From NCBI GenBank assembly GCA_965237575.1, contig CBDEGI010000002.1:607022-671021 (forward strand): a stretch of 64,000 nucleotides of DNA. The letters are read 5' to 3'. The position numbers were made by a program, and so were the translations under genes. This DNA comes from Bryobacterales bacterium (GTDB taxonomy: Bacteria > Acidobacteriota > Terriglobia > Bryobacterales > UBA6623). The notes under the pieces were generated by a model that had not been told where the DNA came from, did not search any database, and saw only the letters and a list, made by a program, of their open reading frames with translations. Shown in pieces: positions 1 to 11,145 of the stretch. Each line of letters opens with the position of its first letter. Position 1 is the first letter of the stretch.

Positions 1-159
1 TTTCGGGTGGCCCATTCGGCCGCGACCTTGCGTTCGGGCCAGATCGTCGGTTTCGAACACAGCCGCAGCGAAGGCGCCGCGCGCACGATCTGGACACGCA
101 TCACCGGGGACCGGGTCGAGAGCGGATTCTTGATCCTCGATGTACCCCGAACGCCCTAG
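1..159 (+). CDS. 3' end of an unidentified protein-coding gene (partial, runs off window start)
   Basis: Frame 1 is open from base 1 to TAG at 157-159. Strong G/C preference at codon position 3. 52 aa (…GQIVGFEHSRSEGAARTIWTRITGDRVESGFLILDVPRTP) is too short to assign a family. Confidence 0.3.
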   Translation, partial: FRVAHSAATLRSGQIVGFEHSRSEGAARTIWTRITGDRVESGFLILDVPRTP

Positions 160-438
160 CAGATCAGCTCCGTTTGAGAAACGAGGTGAAATGAGGAGAC
201 TCGCGGTCTCGGGAGTGCGGTACGCTCCCGAGTGACGGGCTTCGCCCCGCCGCTTCCATGACGCGGGGCGAATTCCAAAATCTCTTCTTGTAACGAAAGG
301 AACTACGAACTATGAAGAACCATAGCAAAGCCATCGAAGCCTTGTCACAACCGCAACACGAGATGATCGAACAAGGCATGAACGTCGTCGCCGGTCTGGG
401 ACGCCGCCCCCGAAGCTTGGTTTCCGCGTCAGCCTATA

Positions 439-1236
439 ATGCGGCGCATGAGGGGCGGTCTCGCGGGCGTGGCCCTGACGGTATCGTTTCTGTGTGCAGC
501 GGCGGGCCCGCTTTTCCTGATTCGCAGTCAAGCGGAGGAGCCGGTTCACGCAGGCCGCCGGGACGCCGAGTTTCATTTCATCCGCCTAGAGTACGTCAAC
601 CTGTCGTGGTCTCGCTGGGGATCGGGAAGACCGTGGTGGAGGCAGGACTGGCCCGCCGCCGAGAACCACTTCTCCCAGGGCCTACGGCGGCTGACGGAGA
701 TCGAGGTCGGCGAAGGCCGGCATGTTCCCCTCACCGACGACCGGATCTTCGAGTACCCATGGGCGTATGCGACACAAGTTGGTTTCTGGCAATTAGGCGA
801 AGAAGAAACGGATCGGCTGCGGGAATATCTTCTCCGCGGCGGGTTCTTAGTGGTGGACGACTTCTACGGCCCGGAGCAGTGGCTGGTCTTTCGCGAGTCG
901 ATGCGGCGCGTTTTTCCCGAGCGGCCGATTGTCGAGATGGATGAAGCCGATGAAGTCCTGCACGTAGTCTATGACCTCGACCACCGCGTCCAGATCCCCG
1001 GGCTTCGCCATCTGCGGTGGAGCTTCGGCGGCCGGTTCGCGGGACGTCTTGAGGACACGCCGCCCCGGTGGCGCGCCATTTACGACGACGAGGGACGTTT
1101 GCTCGTTGCCATCAACTTCAATATGGATATCGGCGATGCTTGGGAGCACGCCGACCTCCCCGAATACCCGGAGCCGATGACGGCCCTCGCGTACCGCTTC
1201 GGCATCAACTACATCATCTATGCGATGACCCATTGA
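439..1236 (+). CDS. DUF4159 domain-containing protein (secreted or membrane-anchored)
   Basis: 265-aa ORF with an N-terminal hydrophobic signal/anchor (GVALTVSFLCAAAG). The body (…GGFLVVDDFYGPEQWLVFRESMRRVFPERPIVEM…HVVYDL…AINFNMDIGDAWE…FGINYIIYAMTH) matches my memory of the DUF4159 family. Confidence 0.75.
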   Translation: MRRMRGGLAGVALTVSFLCAAAGPLFLIRSQAEEPVHAGRRDAEFHFIRLEYVNLSWSRWGSGRPWWRQDWPAAENHFSQGLRRLTEIEVGEGRHVPLTDDRIFEYPWAYATQVGFWQLGEEETDRLREYLLRGGFLVVDDFYGPEQWLVFRESMRRVFPERPIVEMDEADEVLHVVYDLDHRVQIPGLRHLRWSFGGRFAGRLEDTPPRWRAIYDDEGRLLVAINFNMDIGDAWEHADLPEYPEPMTALAYRFGINYIIYAMTH

Positions 1237-1261
1237 CCGGAGGCCCGCGCACGGCGGCGAC

Positions 1262-1440
1262 TCACCAGGGCAGATCCAACAGCCGCGTGATGTTGCCGCC
1301 GAGAATCCTGTTCTTGTCCGCCTCGTTGATCTCGCGGCGCTGCACTTTGTCGTGTTCGCTGTGGGCGTAGGAGACCAAGCCGGAGTAAGGCCGGAGTGAG
1401 ATAAACTGGTGGTCTGATCCAATCGACATCCAAACGAACG
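1262..1440 (-). pseudogene. Remnant of the 3' end (~60 codons) of an amidohydrolase paralogous to 7814..8656
   Basis: The ORF 1262..1474 translation FVWMSIGSDH…GLVSYAHSEHDKVQRREINEADKNRILGGNITRLLDLPW aligns with the C-terminus of 7814..8656 (LVWGTDGPH…GLVSYAQSELDKVQRLEISQADKDRILGGNIAELLNL). Nucleotide similarity is visible by eye. No N-terminal 220 codons are present. Confidence 0.7.
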
Positions 1441-1622
1441 AATGTTTGAAGCGAAAGCGTGCCGCGGGAGCCAACTGAGCCCCGAACGCCAGTGAGAGGT
1501 CAAGAACCCGACTAGCGACGTGAAACTGGGACCCGTCACTCGTGTTTCGGGCTCGGGTTTGAGTTTAGACCGGCCCATCGATACAGGCGGGTCGCTGAAG
1601 CGATTCGGTCCGGAAACGAATA

Positions 1623-4600
1623 GTGCTCCCGAAGCTTGCACAGCGAATGTGTTGGTTGGTCCTGCTCTGCTTCGGTGCGGTGCCGCTGACGCCGTCGGAC
1701 CAGGCCTCCCCCTCCGCCCCAACCCCGGACACGCAAGTTGCGGGAGCAAGCACGCCGGGAGACCGGCCCGTCACCGGCGGTCCTACTCCGGCAGCGGACA
1801 GCGGCACATCGGAGCCGGACGTGGGAAGCGGCCTGGACGTGGCCGGTTCGAACCTCGCGGCCGGCCCTAGCGCCAACCCTCGTTCCCCCAGGACCGCCAG
1901 AAGTCGCTCCTCGGCTCGAACCGGTTCGTCCCTCGCCAAGGCGCCCTTCACCTTACTGCCGGGGGACATTTTCTTTTCGCAAGACGGCGCGACACCCGGG
2001 ATCGTCCGTGTAGACCCGGCGACGGGCAACGCCGTGCCCATCGTGACGGTTCCTCCGCTTACGGCGGAAGTATTCGGGATCGCAATCGACAAGAGTGGCC
2101 GCGTTCTCGTCACGATATTGAATCCGCCCGAACTCCTTCGCGTGGAGCCAATGACGGACGCTGTTTCGAGCTTGAGGCTGTTCGACCCGTCGTCCTTCTT
2201 CAATGCCAGCGACGCAGCGGTCGAGGATGACGGCAACATCCTCGTGGTGGCCGCGGGTGTCGACAACGCTCCGCCGGCAGTGAGACGTTACGACCCTGTG
2301 GGGATGGTCGAAACCGAAGCCACGGACGGACTTCCTGAACCCGCGCTGATCAACGAAGAGATGGGCGGTATCGCCATTGAGGCAGACGGAAACATCATCA
2401 TTTCGCTGCCGGCTCTGCAAGAGATCCGCCGCATTGATCGAATCACAATGGTCGACACCGTGCTCAGCTCCGGCGGCGATCTCACCAGCCCGTTCGGCTT
2501 GGCGATCGCAGCCAGCGGGCGCATCCTGGTCGCGGACCCCGGGATATCCAACGAGATCATCAGCATCAATCCCGTCAGTGGAGCTCAGACCGTCATCTCC
2601 ATGGACGGGCTGCTCACCGATCCGTTCGACGTTGCGACGGAAGGGGACGGCGCGATCCTTGTCGCCGATGGCCAGTTTTCGGTGACGGCGTCGATCGTTC
2701 GGCTGGCGGCAGGCACGTTCACGCAGAGTACGCTCACAGCGTCGATTGACAACATTCGGCGCCTAAACGTAGTCCCTTGCCTACCATCGGTGACGAATGT
2801 CACGCCATCGACGATCCCCGCCGGTGACGCCGCTACACCCATCACGGTCGATGGCTCCTGCTTCAACACGACTTCGGTGATCTCCTTCGACGGGACACCT
2901 TTGGTGACCACGTTCGTGAGCGCCACCAGCCTGCAGGTGACCGTGCCGGAAGTCGAGATCGGTGTGGCAGGCTCGTTCAACGTGATCGTCACAAACACCT
3001 ATCCCGCCGCCGGAGCGTCCGGTCCTTTCGCTGTGACCGTGGCGGACCCAACGATCAGCGGCTTGAATCCGGCGAGTGTTTGCGCCGGCGATCCGGCATT
3101 CGGCAACCTCGGCGTCAATGGGGCGAACTTCGCAACCGGCGCGGTGGTGAGGTGGGACGCAACGCAGCTGGGCACCACTTTCGTCAACAGCATGTTGCTC
3201 AACGCCGCTCCCCAGGGTTTGCACAACACCGTCGGAACGCCGACGATCACGGCTGTGAACAACCCAGGCGGGGTGGCGTCGGCCGGCGTCATCTTTCCTG
3301 TCATAGGTCCTTCCAATACTGGGCTGAACCCACTTTCGACAATCGTTGGTGGCTCCGATTTCCCGCTGGTCATTATGGGTGGCTGCTTCGTGACGGGCTC
3401 GGTGGTCTTGTTCAACGGAAACGCCGTTCCAACTGTCGTCGACAGTGGCGTGCAGGTCACCGGCACCATCCCCGCGGCGTTGATCGCAGCAACAGGGACG
3501 GTATCGGTCCAAGTGATGAACCCCGGTGGCGCCCTGTCGGCCTCGATGAACTTCGACATCATCAACCCGGTTCCCACGCTGACTTCGCTGGGTCCGAACA
3601 GTGCGACGGCGGGCAATCCGGGGCTTACGGTGACCGTGACGGGCGGCGGCTTCATCAACGGCTCGACGGTCCTGTTCGACGGTGTTGCCCAGCCCACGAA
3701 CTTCGTGGGCGGCATGACCCTGGAAGTAACGTTCACGGCGGCGCAGCTTGCGGTCCCCGGAACGATCAGCGTGACCGTGTTCACCCCCGGGCCGGGGGGC
3801 GGCACGTCGACGGCCCTGCCGTTTACCGTCAACTACCCCGGTCTCGGAGGGGTGGCGATATCACTCTTCCCGAACAGTACAACGGCCGGCCAGACGGGGT
3901 TTACGTTGACCGTGCGCACAAATAGTCCGTTCTTCCCACTCTTCTTCAACGGCACGGTCGTCCGGTTCGACGGTGTCGACCAGGCGACCACTTTCGTCGA
4001 CAGCGAGACGCTGCAGGTAATGCTCACAGCGGTGCAGCTTGTCGCCGGAAACCATCTCGTGACGGTTTTCAACCCCCTTCCCGGAGGCGGGCCGTCAACG
4101 CCTCTGCCATTCTTGGTCACTAACCCGGCTCCCACCCTGACTTTGCTGAGTCCGAACAGTGCGACGGCGGGCGATCCCGGGGGTACGGTGACCGTGACGG
4201 GCGCAGGCTTCGTCAACGGCTCGACGGTGCTGTTTGACGGTCTTGCCCAAACCACCACTTTCGTTAACGGCTCAACCCTGGAAGTCATGATCACTGCGGC
4301 GCAGCTTGCGGCCGCCGGAACCATCAGCGTGACGGTGTTTAACTCCGGGCCTGGGGGCGGCACGTCCGCGGCCTTGCTATTCACGGTCACCAACCCCGCT
4401 CCGACGCTGGCATCCCTCAGCCCAGCCACCATCCCCGCGGGTCGTCCCGGTTTCACCCTGACGGCGACGGGAACGAACTTCGTTCCAAGCTCCGTGGTCC
4501 GCTTCGGCGCGACTGGCCTCGCGACCACGTTCGTTAGTAGTACTAGTCTTACGGCGACGGTGCTCGCCGCCCTCGTCGCTATTCCGGGTACGCAAATCGT

Positions 4601-7600
4601 CACCGTGCAGAGTCCGGCCCCGGGCGGCGGCATCTCAAGCGGACTGCCCTTCGTTGTTGAAGATCTCTCCTCTATCTCCGGTCTCGACCCGTCCACCGCT
4701 TGTGCTGGAGACGTGAGTTTCTTGCTTAGTGTTACTGGATCGGACTTTCTCGCCGGTTCGCAGATCAGTTGGGATGGAGCCAACGAACCTTGTCGACGCT
4801 TCGACGCTGACGGCTCTGATCCCTGGTGCGCTGCTCGCCGCTCCCGGTGACAGGGCGGTACGGGTCGTGAGTCCCGGAGGAGGCGAAACCGTCGGTCGTA
4901 ACTTCAGGATCAACGGACCCAGCATCGGTCTGCTACGACCGTCTTCGGCTGCTGCCGGCGGACCGCCGTTTGACATGGACATCTTTGGAAACTGCCTGCT
5001 CGGCACCTCGATCGTCTTCTGGAACGACAGGTCCCTCTCGGCGAACTTTTTTCCCGGTGGCGGCGGGTCTCTGGTCGCCCAGGTGCCGATGAGCTTGATC
5101 GCGACGTCCGGACCAGCCGCGGTCACGGTAAGAAACTCGCCGCAAGCGATATCACCAGGCGCCGACTTCTTGATCGTCGCGCCCGCGGTGAACGAGGTCA
5201 GCGTCGTCACGGAGTCGGCGTCCGAGGACGGGGTCACCGTCTCCATCTCGGGCACCGACTTCGTGCCAGGCTCGATCGTGCGATTCGCGGGTCAGCAGGT
5301 CAGCACAACCTTTCTTAGCCCGAACTCTCTGAGAGCTTTCATTCCGAAGAGCTTGTTAATGAGTAACCCGAACGGCTCGATCACGGTAGAAAGTCCGGGG
5401 GGCGCTCTCTCGGACTCTGCCACGCTGCCTCTTTTGAACCTCACCTCCGCCTTGCCAAACGGTCGTGTGGGATCGACATACGGGGCCGGACTCGACGCCG
5501 CGGGTGGCGTTCCTCCCTACGCGTGGTCAATCACGGGCGGTACGTTGCATCAGGGTTTGGTGCTCAACCCGGCCGGCTCCATCGGCGGTGTTCCCGGCGA
5601 GGGTGGCAACTTCTTTGTGACTCTCGAGGTCGCCGACAACTCCGGCCAAGCCGCGTCTCAAGCCGTACCATTATCGATTCTTGGGTTGATTCTGTTGAGC
5701 CCTTCGAAGCTGTCGATCGATCTTACGCCGAACGCCGCCGTCGTGACCCGGACGGTGACGGCTTCGGTCGAAGACGGCCCGGTTGAGATAGAGGCAAGCG
5801 CCTCGACGACCTCGGGGGTTGACTGGCTCAGCGTCTCGCCGCAGACCGCCACTGCGGACGTGGGCGCCCCGGCCGGCACAACGGTAACCATCGACCCCGG
5901 GGAATTGCCCATCGGTGTGCACATCGGCCAAGTGGATTACTCTCCGGCCAATGGCCCAACCAAAGGGCTGGATTTTCCAGCCACTTCGCTTCCAGTGATC
6001 GTCACGGTAAACCCCACACCGACGTTGTTCCAGCTTTCTCGAACCGGTTTGCTTTTTACGGGTGTAGCCGGATCCGGCAATCCACCGGAGCAGACGTTCT
6101 CGGTGGGCAACCTAGGGGTCGGAGATCTTCCCTGGACGGTGGCTTCTTCCACCGTTTCGGGCTCGGCGGGCGGAATCAACTGGCTAAGCGCCTCTCCACC
6201 GAACGGCACCAGCACGGCGGGCGATCCTCTCCCTGAGGTCGTGGCCGCGGTCGACACGACGGGCCTGGCCGCGGGTCAGTACTACGGGCAAGTCCAGGTG
6301 GGAGCGGAAAACACCGCAAACTCTCCTCAGGTCGTCACGGTTGTTCTGAATCTATTCGAGCCGGGCGCGGCACAGGCGGGTCCGGTTGTCGAGCCTCTGG
6401 GGCTCTTCTTTGTTGCGCCGCAAGGCGGCGAGCCTGCGCCGGCCGAAGAGATTGAGATCGCCAATGTCTCCGCGGAACCCATCACGTTTACCAGCGTCCG
6501 CATCCCTGAAGCGGGTGCCGATCCCTTCGGCCACGCACCGGCCGCGGGAACCATTGCGCCCGCTGCAACCGCGGCTGTGAGTGTGGACGCGAACCCGGGT
6601 ATTCTGGCTCCGGGTGAGTATCGCGCCGCCCTTGAGCTGGCCTTTTCGAACGGCATCGTTCGCTCAGCCGAGCTGTTACTGCTGGTGACTCCGTCCCCGG
6701 TCGGCCCTCTTTCCGAGTCGAGCCCTCTCTCCCAGTCGATGGGGGGGCGAAAGGGCAGGGGGGCTGCGCGCCGACTCGGTTGCTGGGGAACTTCACTAGC
6801 CTCGGGCAGGGCTTTACGGCTCCCGCCGCTTGGCCCAGTACAGTGGCCGTCGAGGTCGCTGACGACTGTGGCGGCGCCATCAGCAAGGGTGCGGTCGTGG
6901 CCTCGTTTACGGTCGGCGCCTCGGTGGCCCTTGTCCCCTTAGGCGATGGGCATTGGGAGAACAGTTGGGCGCCCGCCTCCGACTCAGCCGGCGCGGTCAC
7001 GGTGACGGTGGATATGGAGTCCCTGGCCGGTCTGAAAGGAAGCAGGGAGCTGACCGGCTCGATTGCCGTGAATGATGCCGCCCCCCCGCACGTCCCCGAC
7101 GGCGCGATTGTCAGTTCCGCCAGCTTCGACCCCGACCTCCCGCTTTCGCCTGGCACTCTGGTGACGATCTTCGGATCCGACTTGTCGCTGGACGAAGCCG
7201 CGGCTCCCGCCTTGCCGTTGCCGCTCGAGCTTGGCGGTACGAGCATACAGATTGCGGGACGGGTCTTGCCATTGCTCTTTGTGTCCGCTCGACAGGTCAA
7301 CGCCCTGGTTCCCTACGAACTCCCAGCCAACACGTCGCAGCAGATGATCATCCGGCGCGGCGGTACGATCAGTCACCCGAGTCGCATCGAGCTCGCCGTC
7401 GCGCAACCCGATGTCTTTGCTTTCGCCAATCGGGAAGGGATTGTCGTGGACCTCGCCGGCCTTCTTGTGACGGCGGACAACCCGGCCGCCCCAGGAGACA
7501 TCATTGTGATCTTCGCCGCCGGCCTTGGGCCGGTCACTCCGGAGGTCACGTCCGGAGCCGCGGCCCCGGTCTCGCCGCTGGCGTTCGCCGCGGGTGAAGT

Positions 7601-7781
7601 CACCGTCACCATTGGAGGGCTCCCGGCTCAAGTATTTTTCGCCGGCCTTGCGCCCGGTTTTGCCGGCCTCTACCAAATCAATGCGTTGGTTCCCGAGGGA
7701 GTCACACTCGGCGACGCAGTCACTCTGGTTATTCAAGTCGGCGACGGCGTCAGCCGCACGGTTACGATTGCGGTTCGGTAG
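1623..7781 (+). pseudogene. Giant (~2050 aa) secreted NHL/beta-propeller + multi-IPT/TIG-repeat protein with Solibacter-type C-terminal domain, interrupted by two frameshifts
   Basis: ORF pieces 1623..4850 (frame 0), 4729..6942 (frame 1) and 6780..7781 (frame 0) read as one protein. It has a signal peptide, a propeller-like N-terminus and a long series of ~85-aa Ig-like repeats (PTLTSLGPNSATAGNPGLTVTVTGGGFINGSTVLFDG…PGPGGGTS). The C-terminal ~210 aa (PGTLVTIFGSDL…LGGTSIQIAGRVLPLLFVSARQVNALVP…FAGLAPGFAGLYQINALVP) resembles TIGR03437 as I remember it. Repeat units continue across both frame changes, at ~4773-4782 and at the G7 run 6741-6747. Confidence 0.8.
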
Positions 7782-7813
7782 TGGAAAGCGGTGGAACGGC
7801 CCCCAGCGCTTGC

Positions 7814-8656
7814 TCACAGGTTGAGCAACTCTGCGATGTTACCGCCGAGAATTCTGTCCTTGTCCGCCTGGCTGATCTCGAGGCGTTGCACCTTGTCGAG
7901 TTCGCTCTGCGCATAGGAGACCAAGCCAGGGTTCTTGTGCGGCCCGTCCGTACCCCACACGAGCTTCTCGGCGCCGGCCCTCCTGACCGCGTCTTCCATC
8001 TTGTAGATCAGCGCCACCGCACTGGTATCGAGTAGGACGTTATCGAATTCCTCCGCCAACCGGATGAACGCATCGACCATGTCGCGGTTCCGGCTCATGT
8101 AGGCGCCCATATGGGCGAAAAGGAACGTTGTTTCAGGGAACGACGTCGCGAGCCGCCGGGCGACGCGCGCGTCCCCTGTCGCGTCGACTAGGCACGGCGC
8201 GCCGTGCTTCGCGGCCAGCTTGCATACCGGGTCGATGATGTACTCCCGCAGCCGGCACTCGCCGGCGTGAATCTTGATGCCTCGGAATCGCTTCCCACGC
8301 AAGGCGTCGTCGAGTTCTTGGATCACGGGCCGCTCGTAACTCGGCAACGCGTAGACGTAGGGGATGAGCCGGTCCGGAAACCGTCCGACCGCCGCCTCGG
8401 CCATCTCGATCGAGCGTCGGGTCGTGGTCGACATCGCGAACACGATCGACCGGTCGATGCCCGTCGCGTCCATCACTTCGACGATGGCCTTGGCTGAGTA
8501 TTCCGTCTTCGCCGCGTCGCCGTGCTTGAGGTGAGCGTGGGAGTCGATCACGAGCGTGCCGCTCGCACCCGCCGCGGGAACCGCTGCGGCACTCATCGAG
8601 AGCGCGGCCACTCCCGTCGATCGGGCGAATTGACGCCGCGTCACTTGGTTGCTCAT
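7814..8656 (-). CDS. Amidohydrolase-family (TIM-barrel metal-dependent hydrolase) protein with Tat-type signal
   Basis: ATG at 8656 is preceded by GGGAAAGGAG (SD). The N-terminus MSNQVTRRQFARSTGVAALS is a twin-arginine signal. Motifs IDSHAHL and WGTDGPH fit Amidohydro_2-like proteins. The ORF-track start at 8764 is probably too far upstream. Confidence 0.75.
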   Translation of the reverse strand: MSNQVTRRQFARSTGVAALSMSAAAVPAAGASGTLVIDSHAHLKHGDAAKTEYSAKAIVEVMDATGIDRSIVFAMSTTTRRSIEMAEAAVGRFPDRLIPYVYALPSYERPVIQELDDALRGKRFRGIKIHAGECRLREYIIDPVCKLAAKHGAPCLVDATGDARVARRLATSFPETTFLFAHMGAYMSRNRDMVDAFIRLAEEFDNVLLDTSAVALIYKMEDAVRRAGAEKLVWGTDGPHKNPGLVSYAQSELDKVQRLEISQADKDRILGGNIAELLNL

Positions 8657-8771
8657 GAAACTACTCCTTTCCCAAGACGTGAGTCCGCGCGCGAGTTTGC
8701 GGGCCTCATGTTCCCTAAGCGAAGCAACCTCAGCGACTTCCTCCATCATCACCCGGCACTGCAAACCGGCC

Positions 8772-9662
8772 CTAGTCTCGCAGATGTTTCTTCAGAAACT
8801 CGAGGGTGGCGCCCTCCACGTCGGGGCCGTTCGGTGCTTGTCTGCGCAGGCCGTGACCGGCGCCCTTGACGAGCAGATTCACCGTGGCAACGCCCGCGGC
8901 CTGGAGTTTCTCGATCAGGCGATGCGCATGCACAATGGGAACCGTCTCATCCGCCGTCCCGTGATAGGTGAATACGGGCGGGTCGTCCGCGGATACGTGG
9001 CGGATCGGTGAGACGTGCGTCAATCGCTCGTTGCCGATTTTCTCGGGCGGGTCTCCTTTCTCGAGCCCGAAGAGCTTCAGGTACGCCGGGTGGTCGTGCT
9101 TCACCGTCTTGAGCAGATGAAAATCGGTGGGGCCGAAATAGTTCACGATAGCGGCAAGACGCGTCGACTCCCGCTGGACTGGGTCCTCCGAATCCGGACG
9201 AGCCAAGTCGTCATGGAGACCGATCCACAACGCCAAGTGGGCGCCTGCCGAAGAGCCCATCACCGCGATGCGGTCGTCAATGTGCCATTCCGCCGCTTGA
9301 TGACGAACGAACTGGACCGCGCGCGCAACGTCCTCGACCTGCGCCGGATAGGTCGCCGTGCCGCTAAGACGGTAGCCGATCGAGATCAACGAAATGCCGT
9401 TGTCGAACAGCCTCTCCTGCAGGCCTTCCGGCAGGCGGCTTTTGTCCCCGCCACGCCACCCGCCTCCGTGAATGTAGATAACCGCCGGGGCCAATGACGC
9501 CCAGTCCCACAGGTACGCATCCAGCTTCAGCTCCAAACCGTCCACCTCCTTGTAGACGACGTCCTTGAGGACACGCAATTCCTGGGCGGGCATGGCTGCA
9601 CAAACAGCCCCCAGCAGCACAAGGACGCGGAGCAATCTCATGGCACCCGCAATTGTACCCAT
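8772..9662 (-). CDS. Secreted alpha/beta-hydrolase (esterase/lipase-like)
   Basis: Signal peptide MRLLRVLVLLGAVCAAMPAQ. Oxyanion-hole motif HGGGW, nucleophile elbow GSSAG, C-terminal GHG. The start is uncertain: ATG at 9662 or 9641, with the ORF-track start at 9767 unlikely. Confidence 0.75.
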   Translation of the reverse strand: MGTIAGAMRLLRVLVLLGAVCAAMPAQELRVLKDVVYKEVDGLELKLDAYLWDWASLAPAVIYIHGGGWRGGDKSRLPEGLQERLFDNGISLISIGYRLSGTATYPAQVEDVARAVQFVRHQAAEWHIDDRIAVMGSSAGAHLALWIGLHDDLARPDSEDPVQRESTRLAAIVNYFGPTDFHLLKTVKHDHPAYLKLFGLEKGDPPEKIGNERLTHVSPIRHVSADDPPVFTYHGTADETVPIVHAHRLIEKLQAAGVATVNLLVKGAGHGLRRQAPNGPDVEGATLEFLKKHLRD

Positions 9663-9790
9663 CCGGACACGGGGGAGGACCACCGGCCACAACAGAGGCG
9701 CGGGTGTGAACCCGCGCGTGCGGACGAAAGTCCGCGCCCGCCCCCACGCAACCGATGACGGACGCATCGCCGACTGGTGGGTCTTTACCC

Positions 9791-9828
9791 CTCGCCACCC
9801 ATCCCTTCACGGTAGAATCGGATTGGCA
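9791..9828 (+). promoter_or_regulatory. Conserved 38-bp upstream block with TAGAAT (-10-like) box, copy 1 (upstream of sialidase)
   Basis: ctcgccacccatcccttcacggTAGAATcggattggca is nearly identical to 12300..12337. TAGAAT lies at 9813-9818, 28 nt before the ATG. No clear -35. Confidence 0.25.
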
Positions 9829-9845
9829 AACGAGGGGGTGAAACC

Positions 9846-11069
9846 ATGAACAGACGCGCATTCCTTTCCGCCGCGACTGCTGCCGGAGCATTCGGGGGAT
9901 GCTCGCCGTTCGGTGGGGCGTCCCCTGAGGATTCTTCCTCGGAACCCAGTCAATCACCAGATGCGACGAGGGGCGAGGCCCTCTTCAGGCAGCAAGACCT
10001 CTTTATCAGCGGCCTCGACGGCGTCAACATTTACCGCATCCCTTCCTTGCTTGTCTCGGCCAAGGGCACGATCCTCGCGTTTTGTGAAGCGCGGGAAGGT
10101 GATGACGCCGATCCCACGGATCTGGTTCTGAAGCGAAGCCTCTACGATCCCGCCCGCGGCGTTCCCCGAAAGCTGAACGGGTACGAGCGAATCTTTGGCT
10201 ACGGTGTCAATTGGGAACCCATGCAGATGGTCCTCCCCGGCAAGGGTAAAGCCATCACCAATCCATGCCCGGTGGTTGATCGCGATGACGGAACCATACT
10301 CATGTGCTGCTGGCACTCGCTCGGTGGCAGCCTGGCGGCGCATCTGAAAGCTCCCTGGCATGGCAAGGTCGTCATTCTGAAGAGCACGGATGACGGAGTG
10401 ACGTGGTCAGACCCGGTTGATATTACCCCGAGCGTCGGGCCCTTCATAGCCGGTCCCGGCGTGGGAATCCAACTTCAGAGCGGCCGATTGGTCATTCCGG
10501 GCTATGACACCAGCACTCGCGTCGGTCATGGTCCTTCCAGGGTGATTTACAGCGACGACCACGGCCGAACCTGGCGTGCAGGCGCCAAGGTGCGGAAGAA
10601 AACGAACGAGTCACAGGCAGTGGAGTTGGTAGACGGGACCCTGATGCTCAACATGCGTGAAGTTGAAGGCCGGAATCGCTATGTGGCTCTCAGCCGCGAC
10701 GGTGGGGAGAGTTGGCACGAGGAGTTCGAGGACGAAGCGCTCCCGGATCCACGCTGTCAAGCCAGCCTCTTGCGCTACTCAACCGCGGCCGAGGGGGGAG
10801 AGAATCGCTTGCTGTTCTCTAACATCCCCAATTCGGGGGAGTTCGTTAACCGGAACAACTTGACGGTCAGGCTCAGCAACGACGAAGGGAAGAGCTGGCC
10901 AGTCTCGCGGCGAGTGAATGAAGGTCCTGCGGCCTATTCGTGCCTGAGCGTGCTGGCTGACGGAACGATCGGCTTGGCCTACGAGACAGGCACGGTTCAC
11001 CCCTATGAAAGAATCAAGTTTGTCCGCTTTGATCTCGAATGGCTGACCGCAGCTCAAACGAAATCCTAA
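9846..11069 (+). CDS. Exo-alpha-sialidase (GH33, BNR/Asp-box repeats)
   Basis: SD GAGGGGGTG upstream and a Tat-like N-terminus MNRRAFLSAATAAGA. YRIPSL (RIP motif) plus four Asp-boxes: STDDGVTW, SDDHGRTW, SRDGGESW, SNDEGKSW. Confidence 0.9.
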   Translation: MNRRAFLSAATAAGAFGGCSPFGGASPEDSSSEPSQSPDATRGEALFRQQDLFISGLDGVNIYRIPSLLVSAKGTILAFCEAREGDDADPTDLVLKRSLYDPARGVPRKLNGYERIFGYGVNWEPMQMVLPGKGKAITNPCPVVDRDDGTILMCCWHSLGGSLAAHLKAPWHGKVVILKSTDDGVTWSDPVDITPSVGPFIAGPGVGIQLQSGRLVIPGYDTSTRVGHGPSRVIYSDDHGRTWRAGAKVRKKTNESQAVELVDGTLMLNMREVEGRNRYVALSRDGGESWHEEFEDEALPDPRCQASLLRYSTAAEGGENRLLFSNIPNSGEFVNRNNLTVRLSNDEGKSWPVSRRVNEGPAAYSCLSVLADGTIGLAYETGTVHPYERIKFVRFDLEWLTAAQTKS

Positions 11070-11145
11070 GACCGGTACGAAATGACAAGTCTCATTGAGC
11101 TAAGAGTACAACTATCTTAGGCAAACCACCAAAGAGGACAAAAGA

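Noticed and set aside
312-1749. Long ORFs 312..944 (+) and 847..1749 (-) overlapping the DUF4159 gene
   Set aside because: They lie out of frame or antisense to a gene with clear family similarity. Their products are Arg/Pro/Gly/Ser-rich low-complexity strings, typical of spurious ORFs in high-GC DNA.
1840-1870. GGTTCGAAC / GGTTCGAATC strings (also 14300-14325) that resemble tRNA T-arms
   Set aside because: No complementary T-stem, acceptor stem or anticodon arm can be drawn. Both lie inside well-supported coding sequence.
4770-4785. Programmed ribosomal frameshift in the giant IPT gene
   Set aside because: There is no slippery heptamer or obvious downstream structure at tgggatggagcc. A second, opposite shift 2 kb later in a G7 run is better explained by mutation or error.
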